In this document: piece by piece, positions 9,875 through 19,600 of the stretch
Numbering within the stretch: position 1 is the first letter of the stretch
How the letters are laid out: each line of letters begins with the position of its first letter
Assembly: GCA_036019775.1 (NCBI GenBank)
Contig: JAYXXD010000001.1
Coordinates: 3,202 to 67,201 of the forward strand
Origin: Thermoplasmatota archaeon
GTDB taxonomy: Archaea; Thermoplasmatota; Poseidoniia; Poseidoniales; Poseidoniaceae
DNA length: 64,000 bases
Reading direction: 5' to 3'
Translations under genes and position numbers: made by a program
Notes under the pieces: generated by a model
Databases searched by the model: none
What the model saw: only the letters and a program-made list of their open reading frames with translations
What the model was told of the DNA's origin: nothing

Positions 9875-10255
9875 ATGGGTTTCTTCCGACGCCTTTTTTC
9901 CAATCGCAAATCAACAACTGAAATGGAAGAGAATTCGGAAGATGATATGCTTTCTACACTCAAGGAGCAATATCAACGAGATATTGAACAAGATGTTTCA
10001 GCTATTGAATCGGTATTGGATTCCGATGAGGAACAACCAGAAATTGTTGAAGCTTTACCCGCTCCAGATTATGATAGCGAAAGAACTACGGTTGAAGAGG
10101 CGCTTCTTGACACAGAAATGGAAAATTTTTCCGAAAAAAATGTTATCGAACATAACTCGATTGAGGGCATTGGAAACCATCTGAAATCTGCAAGTATCGT
10201 TGGTGATATCCCATCAGAGGTATCCTTTGACCCGCCAAGCGAGACAACGCCCTGA
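9875..10255 (+). CDS. Hypothetical acidic protein with amphipathic N-terminus
   Basis: MGFFRRLF start; Glu/Asp-rich body; fills the intergenic space. Confidence 0.6.
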   Translation: MGFFRRLFSNRKSTTEMEENSEDDMLSTLKEQYQRDIEQDVSAIESVLDSDEEQPEIVEALPAPDYDSERTTVEEALLDTEMENFSEKNVIEHNSIEGIGNHLKSASIVGDIPSEVSFDPPSETTP

Positions 10256-10318
10256 ATCGGTCAAATTTTACTCAGCACAACAACATGGTTAGATATAGGA
10301 CCGAATTGAGGGGAATTC

Positions 10319-11494
10319 ATGCAAGAGAAACTACTGCGGGCACGTGGCTTGTTTCTTGCTGCTGTTATGGTAACATTTTCACTTGCTGGATGTCTAGAGG
10401 CGTTGGATACAACGACCAAACCGCGAGCAACGCTTGAAGTGTATCCTCTTCTCATCCAAGAAGGTGAAATGGTCACGTTTGATGCACGGGAATCCGATGC
10501 TATAGAGGGAATAATCACCGCATATCGCTGGGATTTTGGTGATGGAGAGACCTCTGAAACCGTCACCGGTTTCACCTCACATATTTACGATATTTTTGGC
10601 GTTTATACCATTTCGCTTGAAGTCGAAAACGACCAAGGAGGAATCGACGAAGCATTTACTATCGTAACTGTCAATGGTGCTCCAACAATAGAACTCAACT
10701 ATCCCGATAATCCCCGAGCAGGTGACGCAGTACTCCTCGACGGTTCTTCCTCCAGCGATCCTGAGTCGGCTGAATTGTCCTTCCAATGGGATTTGGACTG
10801 GGGTGTGGATTCTGATGGAGATGGTGATGGCAGAAATGACATCGATTCCACTGATCCACAAACTCTCCTCCCAACTAATACGAGCGGGATTTACACCGGT
10901 TCATTGACCATCGATGACGGCCAAGGAGGAGTTGTTACAGAAGTGTTTGAAATTAATGTTTCAGCAAGACAATTCAACATCCAATGGAAGGAACGCGTCA
11001 TTGAAAAATCGTGGTCAGAATACCTCGATGAAGGAGATGAGTGGACAGAAGAAATCCTTCCCGGACAACAAGGAAGAATCCTTTCATTTGAAGCCACATT
11101 AGAACTCGAAGATGATATCATCCAGCCCTATGATAATTTTTCACTCATCATTTCAATACCAGAAGATGGTTTCAATGAGGAAGCTGAAACCGAGGGCGGT
11201 AACGTTACCCAATCCGAAAATGCGAAAGCGACAATAACAGCAAATGACCTCAATTCCAAAGGCCTCGATGAAGTCATTGAAGCTGACTCTGAAGCGGTCG
11301 TACTTCGGAAGATTCTTGGCCAGCCCGGCCAAAACTTTGGACAGGATTCTTGGAGGTTATTCGTCAAAGCATTACAGACAAATCCTGATTCGACAATAGA
11401 ATTTCTTCCTGACCCAGATCCAGGTAACGATTGGACTCTAACACTTCGAATAGTGATTCATGAACCAATCATTACTGAAATTTCATTTGAGTAA
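10319..11494 (+). CDS. PKD-domain lipoprotein
   Basis: Lipobox LAGC; YRWDFGDG and FQWD PKD signatures; DSDGDGD Ca-binding-like motif. Confidence 0.85.
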   Translation: MQEKLLRARGLFLAAVMVTFSLAGCLEALDTTTKPRATLEVYPLLIQEGEMVTFDARESDAIEGIITAYRWDFGDGETSETVTGFTSHIYDIFGVYTISLEVENDQGGIDEAFTIVTVNGAPTIELNYPDNPRAGDAVLLDGSSSSDPESAELSFQWDLDWGVDSDGDGDGRNDIDSTDPQTLLPTNTSGIYTGSLTIDDGQGGVVTEVFEINVSARQFNIQWKERVIEKSWSEYLDEGDEWTEEILPGQQGRILSFEATLELEDDIIQPYDNFSLIISIPEDGFNEEAETEGGNVTQSENAKATITANDLNSKGLDEVIEADSEAVVLRKILGQPGQNFGQDSWRLFVKALQTNPDSTIEFLPDPDPGNDWTLTLRIVIHEPIITEISFE

Positions 11495-11544
11495 GTCAAG
11501 ACGAAAAGGGTTTCAATGGTCAATGTATGGGAGGGTTGAGTGGC

Positions 11545-11898
11545 ATGGTTGAATCCGTTGAAATCAGTCGAGTCAATATCAGAGACACCCTCTCTGTTGA
11601 TCTTTCAGTATGGATGAATCACCCAGATGATATGGATTTCAGGCCATCGCTTTCTTGCAAGGATAAGATGTTCACCATCTCCTCCATCACTTCTGGAAAA
11701 GCACTCGCTAGTGTCGAATTGGATGATGAGCAAATGCAAGCCCTTGAAGCATCACTAACCGCTGAACTCCGAGTCAAATTCCAAGTCCATGGCATGCACG
11801 GCCGCTTGAACAAGATCGCTCCAATTATTGCGGATGGAAAAGCCAAGAAACTGGCTACTGCCAACTGGAAGACCGTTCAACCGGTCACAATGGAATAG
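11545..11898 (+). CDS. Hypothetical protein
   Basis: Clean ORF with protein-like composition; no recognised motif. Confidence 0.7.
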   Translation: MVESVEISRVNIRDTLSVDLSVWMNHPDDMDFRPSLSCKDKMFTISSITSGKALASVELDDEQMQALEASLTAELRVKFQVHGMHGRLNKIAPIIADGKAKKLATANWKTVQPVTME

Positions 11899-11946
11899 GG
11901 AATTCCCCCATTTGTTTCATAAGCGTAAACGCAAACATTTGCGTTT

Positions 11947-12237
11947 ATGTCCCCAAGAAGACTGGGCAAAGGTTCCCAGAAAAAGGCACGCTTTGAACGA
12001 CTGAAAGAAGAAATCATGCGGTTTGTGACAACAAACCCAGGGTGCTCAGCCCAATCGATTGTTGCGAATTTGTCCCATGATCGAACGATGCGAAATCATG
12101 GGCTGACTCCTCGAAAAGTTGGTTTCTTTATTCCAAGACATCTTGCAGATCGATTGACATGGTGGCAAGATCATCGTGCTGGACGCCGGGTGTACGGGTG
12201 TCTTCAAGCAAAAGATATTGGTTCAAAAAAAATTTGA
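11947..12237 (+). CDS. Small basic protein, possible winged-helix
   Basis: Arg/Lys-rich; NPG.SA..I...L and terminal RRVY pattern resemble wHTH. Confidence 0.6.
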   Translation: MSPRRLGKGSQKKARFERLKEEIMRFVTTNPGCSAQSIVANLSHDRTMRNHGLTPRKVGFFIPRHLADRLTWWQDHRAGRRVYGCLQAKDIGSKKI

Positions 12238-12279
12238 TATTGCAATTCAATTAAATAACCATCGTTTGTATCATAATTT

Positions 12280-13125
12280 ATGCTTACAGGGACATCTTGG
12301 TACATTCTTTGGGTAGGATTTTGTTTTGCCGCTGCGGGTATCCTGGTTAACTTATTTATCAAAGACTTGTACAAAAAGAAGGACGACCACCAACTCTTTT
12401 CAAAGAACAATTTGGTGCTCCAGTTGTACATGATTATCGTATCGCTTTTTTTGGTTTTATTCGTTTTGAATTTATTAGGAGTCGCATTAGTTCTAATTCT
12501 TGAGCGAGGAGTAAGTGAAGGTTTTTTCATTCCTGCAGGGGAATGGGATCTCTCAATCTCAGAAAGTATAGTTTCAATATCATGTTGCGTTATTCTTGCT
12601 GCAATTTATTCATTGTCCGTTAGGGATGTTTTCACTATAAGCTCCAGAATAAGCCAAGTTAAATCATCGTTTTATCAAAACCAGTCCGCCAATAGAACAG
12701 GAATTGATTTGGAAGCAGCCGACCAAAACTCTCGAGAATCAACAGAATCTACTGGCCCGGTTACGTTAGATGACATTATCTCAGCCTTAGAATTTCAATT
12801 GAAACATGCCCGGCAAGATGCAGAAAATGCCAAGTCTGAGTTGCAAGAAACCCGTAAAAAAGTAGCTAGCTTGGAGGTTGAAATTGGACAAAAAGAAATT
12901 GAAATAAACAAGATATTGGCATCAAAATCGAATCTTGATCGGGTATTAGATGAACAAGACATTGGAGGAGATAGCTCGGGTAGAAAATCTCTTTCGATAC
13001 AGGATTCAGTCGTAGTTGGAGATACAATCTTTGGTGGGATAAAAATAGACAAATTGATTCTAAATGATGCTCAAGCCATTGCCGAAGCAATCATCCAACA
13101 CGATTGGGATAAAAGATCAGATTAG
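12280..13125 (+). CDS. Hypothetical membrane protein with coiled-coil C-terminus
   Basis: 3 TM segments followed by a heptad-rich region (LEFQLKHARQDAENAKSELQETRKK). Confidence 0.7.
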   Translation: MLTGTSWYILWVGFCFAAAGILVNLFIKDLYKKKDDHQLFSKNNLVLQLYMIIVSLFLVLFVLNLLGVALVLILERGVSEGFFIPAGEWDLSISESIVSISCCVILAAIYSLSVRDVFTISSRISQVKSSFYQNQSANRTGIDLEAADQNSRESTESTGPVTLDDIISALEFQLKHARQDAENAKSELQETRKKVASLEVEIGQKEIEINKILASKSNLDRVLDEQDIGGDSSGRKSLSIQDSVVVGDTIFGGIKIDKLILNDAQAIAEAIIQHDWDKRSD

Positions 13126-13199
13126 ATGCGGCTCCGCAATTTTCACATGGCATGGTAGTGGAATCACACCAAGCATGTGGATATTTCGAATCTCGACAA

Positions 13200-13514
13200 T
13201 CATTCAGTTGCGACTGCTTCCCTTTCCTCACGCTTCTTACGATTTTGTCGCTTCTTGTACCATGGATAGATTGGCCACTTTGCTAAACCAGTCCACATGA
13301 CCAAGAATACAAAGGTGGTTGAAACGAACTTGTCTGTTTCTGCAGACCATGCAGTATCCATCCATCCGTACTCAACGTATGCAATTCTTGAATGATAAAC
13401 TACCAACATAATTCCTGCCAGCAAGTGTACATATCTCCAAATCTTGTTCCAATTTCGTGCCATTACCGTTGAATTATTCATTTCAGTATATTTTGTTTCC
13501 TGCTGTAATTTCAA
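13200..13514 (-). CDS. Small 2-TM membrane protein
   Basis: RYVHLLAG TM1, WTGLAKW TM2, basic tail; true start may be the internal MARN. Confidence 0.65.
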   Translation of the reverse strand: MKLQQETKYTEMNNSTVMARNWNKIWRYVHLLAGIMLVVYHSRIAYVEYGWMDTAWSAETDKFVSTTFVFLVMWTGLAKWPIYPWYKKRQNRKKREEREAVATE

Positions 13515-13542
13515 TTTGCGATTTGGTTATAAAAATTCAAAC

Positions 13543-15645
13543 TTAATCGGAGAGCCTTTTTGCCATCTCTCGCCGAGTTTCTTCAGGATCGATGAACATA
13601 GCTCCGAAGATGACAACCGTTTCAAGCAATGCCGCGATAAAAAACAGCGTTGAATAATCAAATCTTGCAGCTAGGGGGGCCGTTAATTGGTACCCTATGA
13701 TTGCTGAGAGATTCATCATCGCCATGTATCCAGTGAATTGAGTCCCTCCAACCTCAGCCCATGTAATTCGCATCATGAGGGAATAAATATTGATCGATAC
13801 CATGGCCCAAACAAACGTCTGCAGGCTCCATACAGTCATCATAAACAGTCCATTGCTCCATAGAGATTCATTTATTCCCCAAATGACGGTAATGAGAGCG
13901 GTTGAAAACGCCGCACCGATGATGATTGCTTTGCCTCCAAACTGTTTTCCTAACTGGCCTCCAACCATGTAACCTAGCATTGTAACGATGAGAATTACGC
14001 CACCTTTGGTGGCATTGAATTGCTCCTCAGTCCATCCTAATTCTCGGACGAAAAGTAGAGGAAGAATAGGTATGAGGAAGTACGAGAGTGAGATAATCAA
14101 ACTCAATAAAACACCGAGTTGCGCTGAGCGAAACGAGAAGGCAATTTTGATATTGTCGAAAATGTCTTTGAAATTCTTTTGCTCAATCGCTTCCTGTTCA
14201 ACGATATTTTCAGAAGACTCACTCCATGGAAACAATTTCTCTCCAGGCCGTTCTGTCATGAATAATGGGACCAGCATGATGGCAACGAGGATTGGAATTT
14301 GCAGCACAATCGCTCCCTTTATTCCAACAAATCCGATGATGGTTCCCAAACCCGCCCCACCAATGATTCCTCCAACTGCTTTCGAAGTGAACATGTAACT
14401 GTTGACTTTCTCAAATTCGTGCGGTTCAAGGATATCGACAGCAAGCGCGTCAGTACTAACATCTTGTAGAGCAGTAAAGATGTTGTAAACGAGGAACATA
14501 ACTCCAACGAGCGTCACATTTGAGGACATGTTTGGGATCAACAACATAGAACTGAGAACAACAATCATTCCTGTTTGGGCGATTAAAATCCACGGTCTTC
14601 GCTTACCCATTTCTGGGAACTGATAGCGATCGATAATTGGACCCCATAGGAATTTTACCGACCAAGGGAGCGTTCCAAGCGTGAGCAAGAAAGCGAGTTG
14701 ACCCGCTGCTACACCTTCAACGGCCAAATAGGTCACGAAGGTCACTGTAATGAAACCCCATGGTATGCCCTGTGCAACATAAAGGGCACAGAGGGTCAAC
14801 ACTCGAGCACGATAACTTTCAACCAATGTCTTCCCTTCTTCGGCCGAAGATTGAGATTCATCAATGACTTCATCATCCTCGAGGATTACAGTGAGATGAT
14901 ACCGTTCTTTCTTAGTGAAAAGATAACCGACCAAAATGAGCATTCCGATAAACCAAGGGGAAAAAACGATGATGGAAATCGAACCGTTTCCAACTGCCAA
15001 GGAAGAAACATCATCACTTCCAATCAAATCAAGGTCGATGACCAATAGTGATATTGAGCTTGCAACATTCTCACCATTATCTGTGTGCGTGCAACTTCCT
15101 CCATCATAAGCGGCTGCTTCAACCATAATTTTGAAACTGTACGTTCCGAAGACGACTTCACCAAGATCGATTTGATTGAGAATTTCAGACTTTGACATTC
15201 CGGAGATGTTTTCCATCTCCAGTAAGGATTGGTTATGCCAAGTCAAGTTGAGAATGTGAGATCCTGGGTTGGAATCACTTTCTGTAAGTGTCCATGAATT
15301 TTTTGTTACAGTTCCGTAAATCACATCTGGAACATTATCTTCTAAACCCGTACAGAAACCAAAATTGGCAGATTCATCTTCATTAGGATAGTCAAGCACC
15401 ATTGAAATTCCAACAATAATTCCCCCAGCATTCTGAATTTCTTGTTCAACATCGTTCGATGTTAAATCCCAAACAACTTCTTCACCATCCGAATAATACT
15501 CGGACTTCGTTTCGAGTAAAATTTCAGTCCATTGAACATCAACCGAATACGTACCTGCTGCCGAATCAGTTTCGTTTCCACTAATGCAACCAGATAAAGG
15601 CAGAGCAAGTAAGGTGACAAGGATGAATGTCACCATGCGCTGCAT
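13543..15645 (-). CDS. AmpG-like MFS transporter fused to an N-terminal lipoprotein-like extracellular domain
   Basis: LSGC lipobox; LYVAQGIP.G, LPWS.KFLW.P.IDR..GKRRPWI, QDV.TDALA and GTQF AmpG-family motifs. Confidence 0.85.
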   Translation of the reverse strand: MQRMVTFILVTLLALPLSGCISGNETDSAAGTYSVDVQWTEILLETKSEYYSDGEEVVWDLTSNDVEQEIQNAGGIIVGISMVLDYPNEDESANFGFCTGLEDNVPDVIYGTVTKNSWTLTESDSNPGSHILNLTWHNQSLLEMENISGMSKSEILNQIDLGEVVFGTYSFKIMVEAAAYDGGSCTHTDNGENVASSISLLVIDLDLIGSDDVSSLAVGNGSISIIVFSPWFIGMLILVGYLFTKKERYHLTVILEDDEVIDESQSSAEEGKTLVESYRARVLTLCALYVAQGIPWGFITVTFVTYLAVEGVAAGQLAFLLTLGTLPWSVKFLWGPIIDRYQFPEMGKRRPWILIAQTGMIVVLSSMLLIPNMSSNVTLVGVMFLVYNIFTALQDVSTDALAVDILEPHEFEKVNSYMFTSKAVGGIIGGAGLGTIIGFVGIKGAIVLQIPILVAIMLVPLFMTERPGEKLFPWSESSENIVEQEAIEQKNFKDIFDNIKIAFSFRSAQLGVLLSLIISLSYFLIPILPLLFVRELGWTEEQFNATKGGVILIVTMLGYMVGGQLGKQFGGKAIIIGAAFSTALITVIWGINESLWSNGLFMMTVWSLQTFVWAMVSINIYSLMMRITWAEVGGTQFTGYMAMMNLSAIIGYQLTAPLAARFDYSTLFFIAALLETVVIFGAMFIDPEETRREMAKRLSD

Positions 15646-15723
15646 GACTGGACCGTTTCCATCGCTTGTTTTGAATATTCGGGATTTCTGAACCGACGAC
15701 CTCATCAATCGATTTCTCGTCGG

Positions 15724-16401
15724 GTGAGCATGGACGACCCATCGAAGGTTGCAGCATACTTCGATCTCGATGGCACATTACTCAACGCTTCTAGCGAGAA
15801 GACGTTGACAGGCGTTCTTGCAAAAAGGCGGCCTTGGAGAATTCCACATGCAACAGTTGCATGGATTTTTGGTGCGGCAATTGGCCTTCTCACAGGAAAG
15901 GCCCCTTACGACGCTTTACGAAACCGTGGACATCTTTCGTTTGCATCTTGGCGCATTCTTGAACAGTACTCAGAAGAAATAGCAACATCCATGCTCAAAT
16001 CAAAAATATCTGAAGGTGCTTGGGAGCGGCTCGAATGGCATCGCCGACAAGGACATCGTTTGGTTCTCGTTACAGCAACTGTTGCTCCGATGGCGGAAGC
16101 GATGGCACGCGTTCTCAACATGGATGAAGTGTATGGTTGTGGGCCTGAAACGCGTTCAGGATGGCTATCAGGATCCGAACGAGGATGGTCCGTGCCTCGT
16201 CGAAAAGGAAAGGTGCCTATAGTTGAGCAAGATGCGAGGATGAATGGCCATGATCTGACAAAGTGTTTCGGATACGGCAACACTCTTGCGGATTCGTGGT
16301 TTATGCGAATATGCGGCCATGCTATCGCTGTAAACCCAGAAGGGCCACTGCAAAAATTCGCAGAGGAGCGAGAATGGGAAATAGTTCATTGGCCCTCCTA
16401 A
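15724..16401 (+). CDS. HAD-superfamily hydrolase (subfamily IB, SerB-like)
   Basis: FDLDGTL, LVTA, K and GYGN..AD..M...A.AVNP motifs. Confidence 0.9.
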   Translation: MSMDDPSKVAAYFDLDGTLLNASSEKTLTGVLAKRRPWRIPHATVAWIFGAAIGLLTGKAPYDALRNRGHLSFASWRILEQYSEEIATSMLKSKISEGAWERLEWHRRQGHRLVLVTATVAPMAEAMARVLNMDEVYGCGPETRSGWLSGSERGWSVPRRKGKVPIVEQDARMNGHDLTKCFGYGNTLADSWFMRICGHAIAVNPEGPLQKFAEEREWEIVHWPS

Positions 16402-16431
16402 GTTCAAATACCCTCGAATTCCGAATTCTTC

Positions 16432-17322
16432 ATGAGCGATGAATTTCTCCTAGCAGATGAAGAAGAGGTTGAGCACCCTTCCCCCTCAACCGAATATCAA
16501 AAAAAGAAATTAAAGCAATTTCAAGGAAGAATCGATTCAGGATTCACTGCAATGCAGACCTCTCTCGATTATCTGATGAAGACTATTGAAAAGAATCCAG
16601 AGAGAATCATTTTCGATGCAGAGAACATCATTGTACTCGGTAATCTTGCAACCTACTCAATTCCGCTTGATTCCGTTCTTTCACGACTCAAAAACCCATT
16701 TGCTGGAGGGAGTGGGCTTCAAGCAACAAAAACAACAAGAAAGGGCGAGTTAAAGGGGAAGGAGGCAACGGTATGTATTCAACCGGATTACAAAAATGTC
16801 TCAGATCTTCCCGGTTGCGATGTTTTGGATTCTTACTTCTTGATGCTTCTAAATGATGACAAATTTATCCTTCAGCCTGCACATGGCCCTCTACGAAGAG
16901 CGATGCTTCAATTGTATGGGCTTTCCACGAGCCCAGCTTCCTCGATCGTAAAATCATGGGTTGAATCCACAACTGGCGCAGTAATGAAGCCCGAAGAATC
17001 TGCTGCGGAGATTAAAGGAACTGATGGTTGGAAATGGCGAGTTTCCGATGCCAACCCGTTGGTGAGCGGATTCACGATATGGTTCAAGAAAAAGAACCAA
17101 AGAAAATGGACCAAGGTGGTCGATGATTCATCCGATTTTGAGTATTGTTACCACTATGATGATGTTTTGTCTGTGCTCGAATTGCTATCCGACTCTCCTC
17201 GAGTGCTCATTCACGACGAGCCTTATGCATCCGATGAGTATTTTATGCTGCAGGTCGCAAAACATCATCCCCCTGTCGCAAAGAGGGTGGAAAGAGATCG
17301 TGCTCAGCAGGCAGCATCATGA
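16432..17322 (+). CDS. Hypothetical protein (shares a domain with 36288-38513)
   Basis: Long ORF; IVLGNLATY.I...VCIQP...LP..D...L.LLND motif. Confidence 0.8.
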   Translation: MSDEFLLADEEEVEHPSPSTEYQKKKLKQFQGRIDSGFTAMQTSLDYLMKTIEKNPERIIFDAENIIVLGNLATYSIPLDSVLSRLKNPFAGGSGLQATKTTRKGELKGKEATVCIQPDYKNVSDLPGCDVLDSYFLMLLNDDKFILQPAHGPLRRAMLQLYGLSTSPASSIVKSWVESTTGAVMKPEESAAEIKGTDGWKWRVSDANPLVSGFTIWFKKKNQRKWTKVVDDSSDFEYCYHYDDVLSVLELLSDSPRVLIHDEPYASDEYFMLQVAKHHPPVAKRVERDRAQQAAS

Positions 17323-17324
17323 TT

Positions 17325-17401
17325 TGGCGGCCCCTCCGCGATTCGAACACGGGTCTCAACCTCCGCAGGGTCGAAGGATATCCAAACTACCCCAAGGGGC
17401 C
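17325..17401 (-). tRNA. tRNA-Arg (anticodon GCG), CCA encoded, no intron
   Basis: Minus strand GGCCCCT...AGGGGCCGCCA acceptor; anticodon arm CGACC-CTGCGGA-GGTTG; T-loop GTTCGAATC. Confidence 0.95.
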
Positions 17402-17427
17402 GGGGTATTTGCTCCACCTGCCAAGTT

Positions 17428-17435
17428 GATATAAG
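17428..17435 (-). promoter_or_regulatory. TATA box of the tRNA-Arg gene
   Basis: CTTATATC on minus strand about 27 nt upstream of the tRNA 5' end. Confidence 0.6.
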
Positions 17436-17499
17436 CACAACGGCATAGAAACCGATGGCTCGTACAAGAGTTCATACTGCTTCTACCTATACGTAGGTC

Positions 17500-17916
17500 A
17501 TGGCAGTTCGAATTGAGCGAGGTGTTGATTTCCCAATGGTGGACCTCGCAAACATCGCTTATTACCCGAGGATTTTTGACCTTGCTCACCGTTTCTTCGA
17601 GGACGCATGGATGGACATCTGTAATATTCGGTATGCTGATTTGATCCTCGTACGAAAAACTGGCTTTCCCGTTGTTCACGTTGAATCCGAATTTCATCTC
17701 CCATTACGTTATGGTGATCAAATCACTGCTACAATTTGGATTGATGCAATCGGTGAATCGTCGTGCACATGGTGCTATGAGTTCCACAATCAACATGGCC
17801 AATTATTGTGGACATCATCTCAGGTTACAGTTTGTGTGGAGATGGAGTCAATGAAACGAAGAACGATTCCAGATGATTTGCGATTAGGGCTAGAATCATG
17901 TAAGAGGGATGATTGA
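17500..17916 (+). CDS. Acyl-CoA thioesterase (4HBT/YbgC hot-dog fold)
   Basis: V.F..VD...IAYY..Y/F-like N-motif; PVVH...F..PLRYGD. Confidence 0.88.
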   Translation: MAVRIERGVDFPMVDLANIAYYPRIFDLAHRFFEDAWMDICNIRYADLILVRKTGFPVVHVESEFHLPLRYGDQITATIWIDAIGESSCTWCYEFHNQHGQLLWTSSQVTVCVEMESMKRRTIPDDLRLGLESCKRDD

Positions 17917-18514
17917 GATGATGAATTCAGAAGTTCCAGATATGTTTGCGGTACGCCCCGACCGCAAAGGTCCAAAGACGGTAGCGATTCTGCTCTTACT
18001 TGGTGGAATTTTCTTCGCAATTCTAGGTTATGCAGATTTGTCAAATCATAGGTCAGAAACTCTTTCAGATAGCCAAATTGAAACACTGATTAACGTACCC
18101 AACGAGCAGGGAGAGAATCTTACCATCGACCAATTCCAAGAGTTTCACAAGGAGGTAAATCACCAAAATGGATACCTTGTTCGGGGGATTTCACTATCAT
18201 TTGGTGCAGCATTTATCGTTACAGGAAGTATATTTCTTTACTTGATGAAACCAATTGGGGGTAAGCTGGCTTTGCTAGGTGCCGGAATCACGTTCATTGG
18301 AGGAATCTTGGGAAATATCATCATTCATGATGCAGCACAACTTCATCTGAATCAGTCTATGCTCATTCAAACGTATGAGATCACAGGTTATTTGTGCGGT
18401 GTTTGTACATTCTTATGTGGGGCTTTGGCCTTGCTCCCATTAATCAACGCGAGGGCGAAACTGGCTTTTGATGAGGCAAGAAATGTTGAAATCATTTATG
18501 ATGAATCAGAATGA
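17909..18514 (+). CDS. Hypothetical membrane protein (4 TM)
   Basis: Four hydrophobic segments; overlaps the thioesterase stop. Confidence 0.7.
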   Translation: MIEMMNSEVPDMFAVRPDRKGPKTVAILLLLGGIFFAILGYADLSNHRSETLSDSQIETLINVPNEQGENLTIDQFQEFHKEVNHQNGYLVRGISLSFGAAFIVTGSIFLYLMKPIGGKLALLGAGITFIGGILGNIIIHDAAQLHLNQSMLIQTYEITGYLCGVCTFLCGALALLPLINARAKLAFDEARNVEIIYDESE

Positions 18515-18954
18515 TTGTCTGGACGAGGCCATTTCTTTGCTAATGCTTTTTCCAAATCTTCATTCAATATAGCATTCCACCAATCACTCCCCTGCCATAT
18601 GGCATACTTGCCACGTATCCCGCGTAAGTCAGCTCCCTCCAACTTACAATTTCGAAAAGTCGACAGATTACAACGGGCTTTTCTTAAATCGGCTCCTCTG
18701 AAATCCGCTCCATCAAATGCAGATTTCATCAGGTCCGCTTCGACCATTGATGCACGCCGGAAATCACATTCAGAGAAGTCGCCTTCCGTTAGGTCTGCTT
18801 CGTCGAGAATCGCTCTCCGGAATGTTGATCCACGGTGCCGACCTTTCCTGAAAATTCCCTTTGCATGATTCTGATAGGAGCAATCGAGAACCTCTGCTTC
18901 TGTCGAATCCGGATCGTCCCGGGGGTCACCTGCCCCGCCACCAGACATTACCAT
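18496..18954 (-). CDS. Pentapeptide-repeat protein
   Basis: A(D/N)L/F.. repeats: ADLTE, CDFRR, ADLMK, ADFRG, ADLRK, ADLRG. Confidence 0.9.
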   Translation of the reverse strand: MVMSGGGAGDPRDDPDSTEAEVLDCSYQNHAKGIFRKGRHRGSTFRRAILDEADLTEGDFSECDFRRASMVEADLMKSAFDGADFRGADLRKARCNLSTFRNCKLEGADLRGIRGKYAIWQGSDWWNAILNEDLEKALAKKWPRPDNHSDSS

Positions 18955-18961
18955 AAGGCGC

Positions 18962-19462
18962 TCAGGATGTTGATTGTTTATCGAGATGTGCCCTTCCAGC
19001 ATCTGTGAGTTGAGCAAATCTGTTTTTTTCTCCGAATTCAAGAGGGACCATAAGTAGACCTCGTTCTTTGAGTCTGTTGAGATACAGACTGAGGTTGCCT
19101 GGTGGTTCTATGCCAGCATCAGAAAACAACTGATTCACAACTCTTGGAGGGCTGTCTGATATTTTTTCAACATCGCGAAGATAATGAATTGCTGCTAATA
19201 CCTGATCTGGTTTCTTTGTCAATGAGCAGCTTTCCACAAGCGTGCTAAATGCCGATCCACGTTCAGGCAATCCATAATCGCGAGCAGCATCTATTGCAGC
19301 GTCAATCGCTGCATCTCGAGCATCTCGTAGACGTTCCAACACAATCGACCATGTATCTTCGCGACGCATTTGAATAAGGCGAGCGTCGATTTCAACTGCT
19401 GCGCCACTCAAGTCAATTTCTATATCACCTGCGGTGATTGCTATCTTTGACTGTATTGTCAT
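18962..19462 (-). CDS. Hypothetical protein with probable C-terminal winged helix
   Basis: PGNLSLYLNRLKERGLL...LTDAG pattern. Confidence 0.65.
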   Translation of the reverse strand: MTIQSKIAITAGDIEIDLSGAAVEIDARLIQMRREDTWSIVLERLRDARDAAIDAAIDAARDYGLPERGSAFSTLVESCSLTKKPDQVLAAIHYLRDVEKISDSPPRVVNQLFSDAGIEPPGNLSLYLNRLKERGLLMVPLEFGEKNRFAQLTDAGRAHLDKQSTS

Positions 19463-19600
19463 GGTAAACGCTCTCGGTAAGATACCTTCATTGATAATGT
19501 TTGTATGTTGGCCAGCGAAGTTTATGTTGGCGACTTCTCCATATCGATGTCATTGATTTCAAGTATGTGTTTGCAGTGAGGAAATCGAGGGGGCGCAAAA

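Noticed and set aside
12240..17401. Genomic island integrated at tRNA-Arg
   Set aside because: No integrase, and no duplicate of the tRNA 3' end was found by eye
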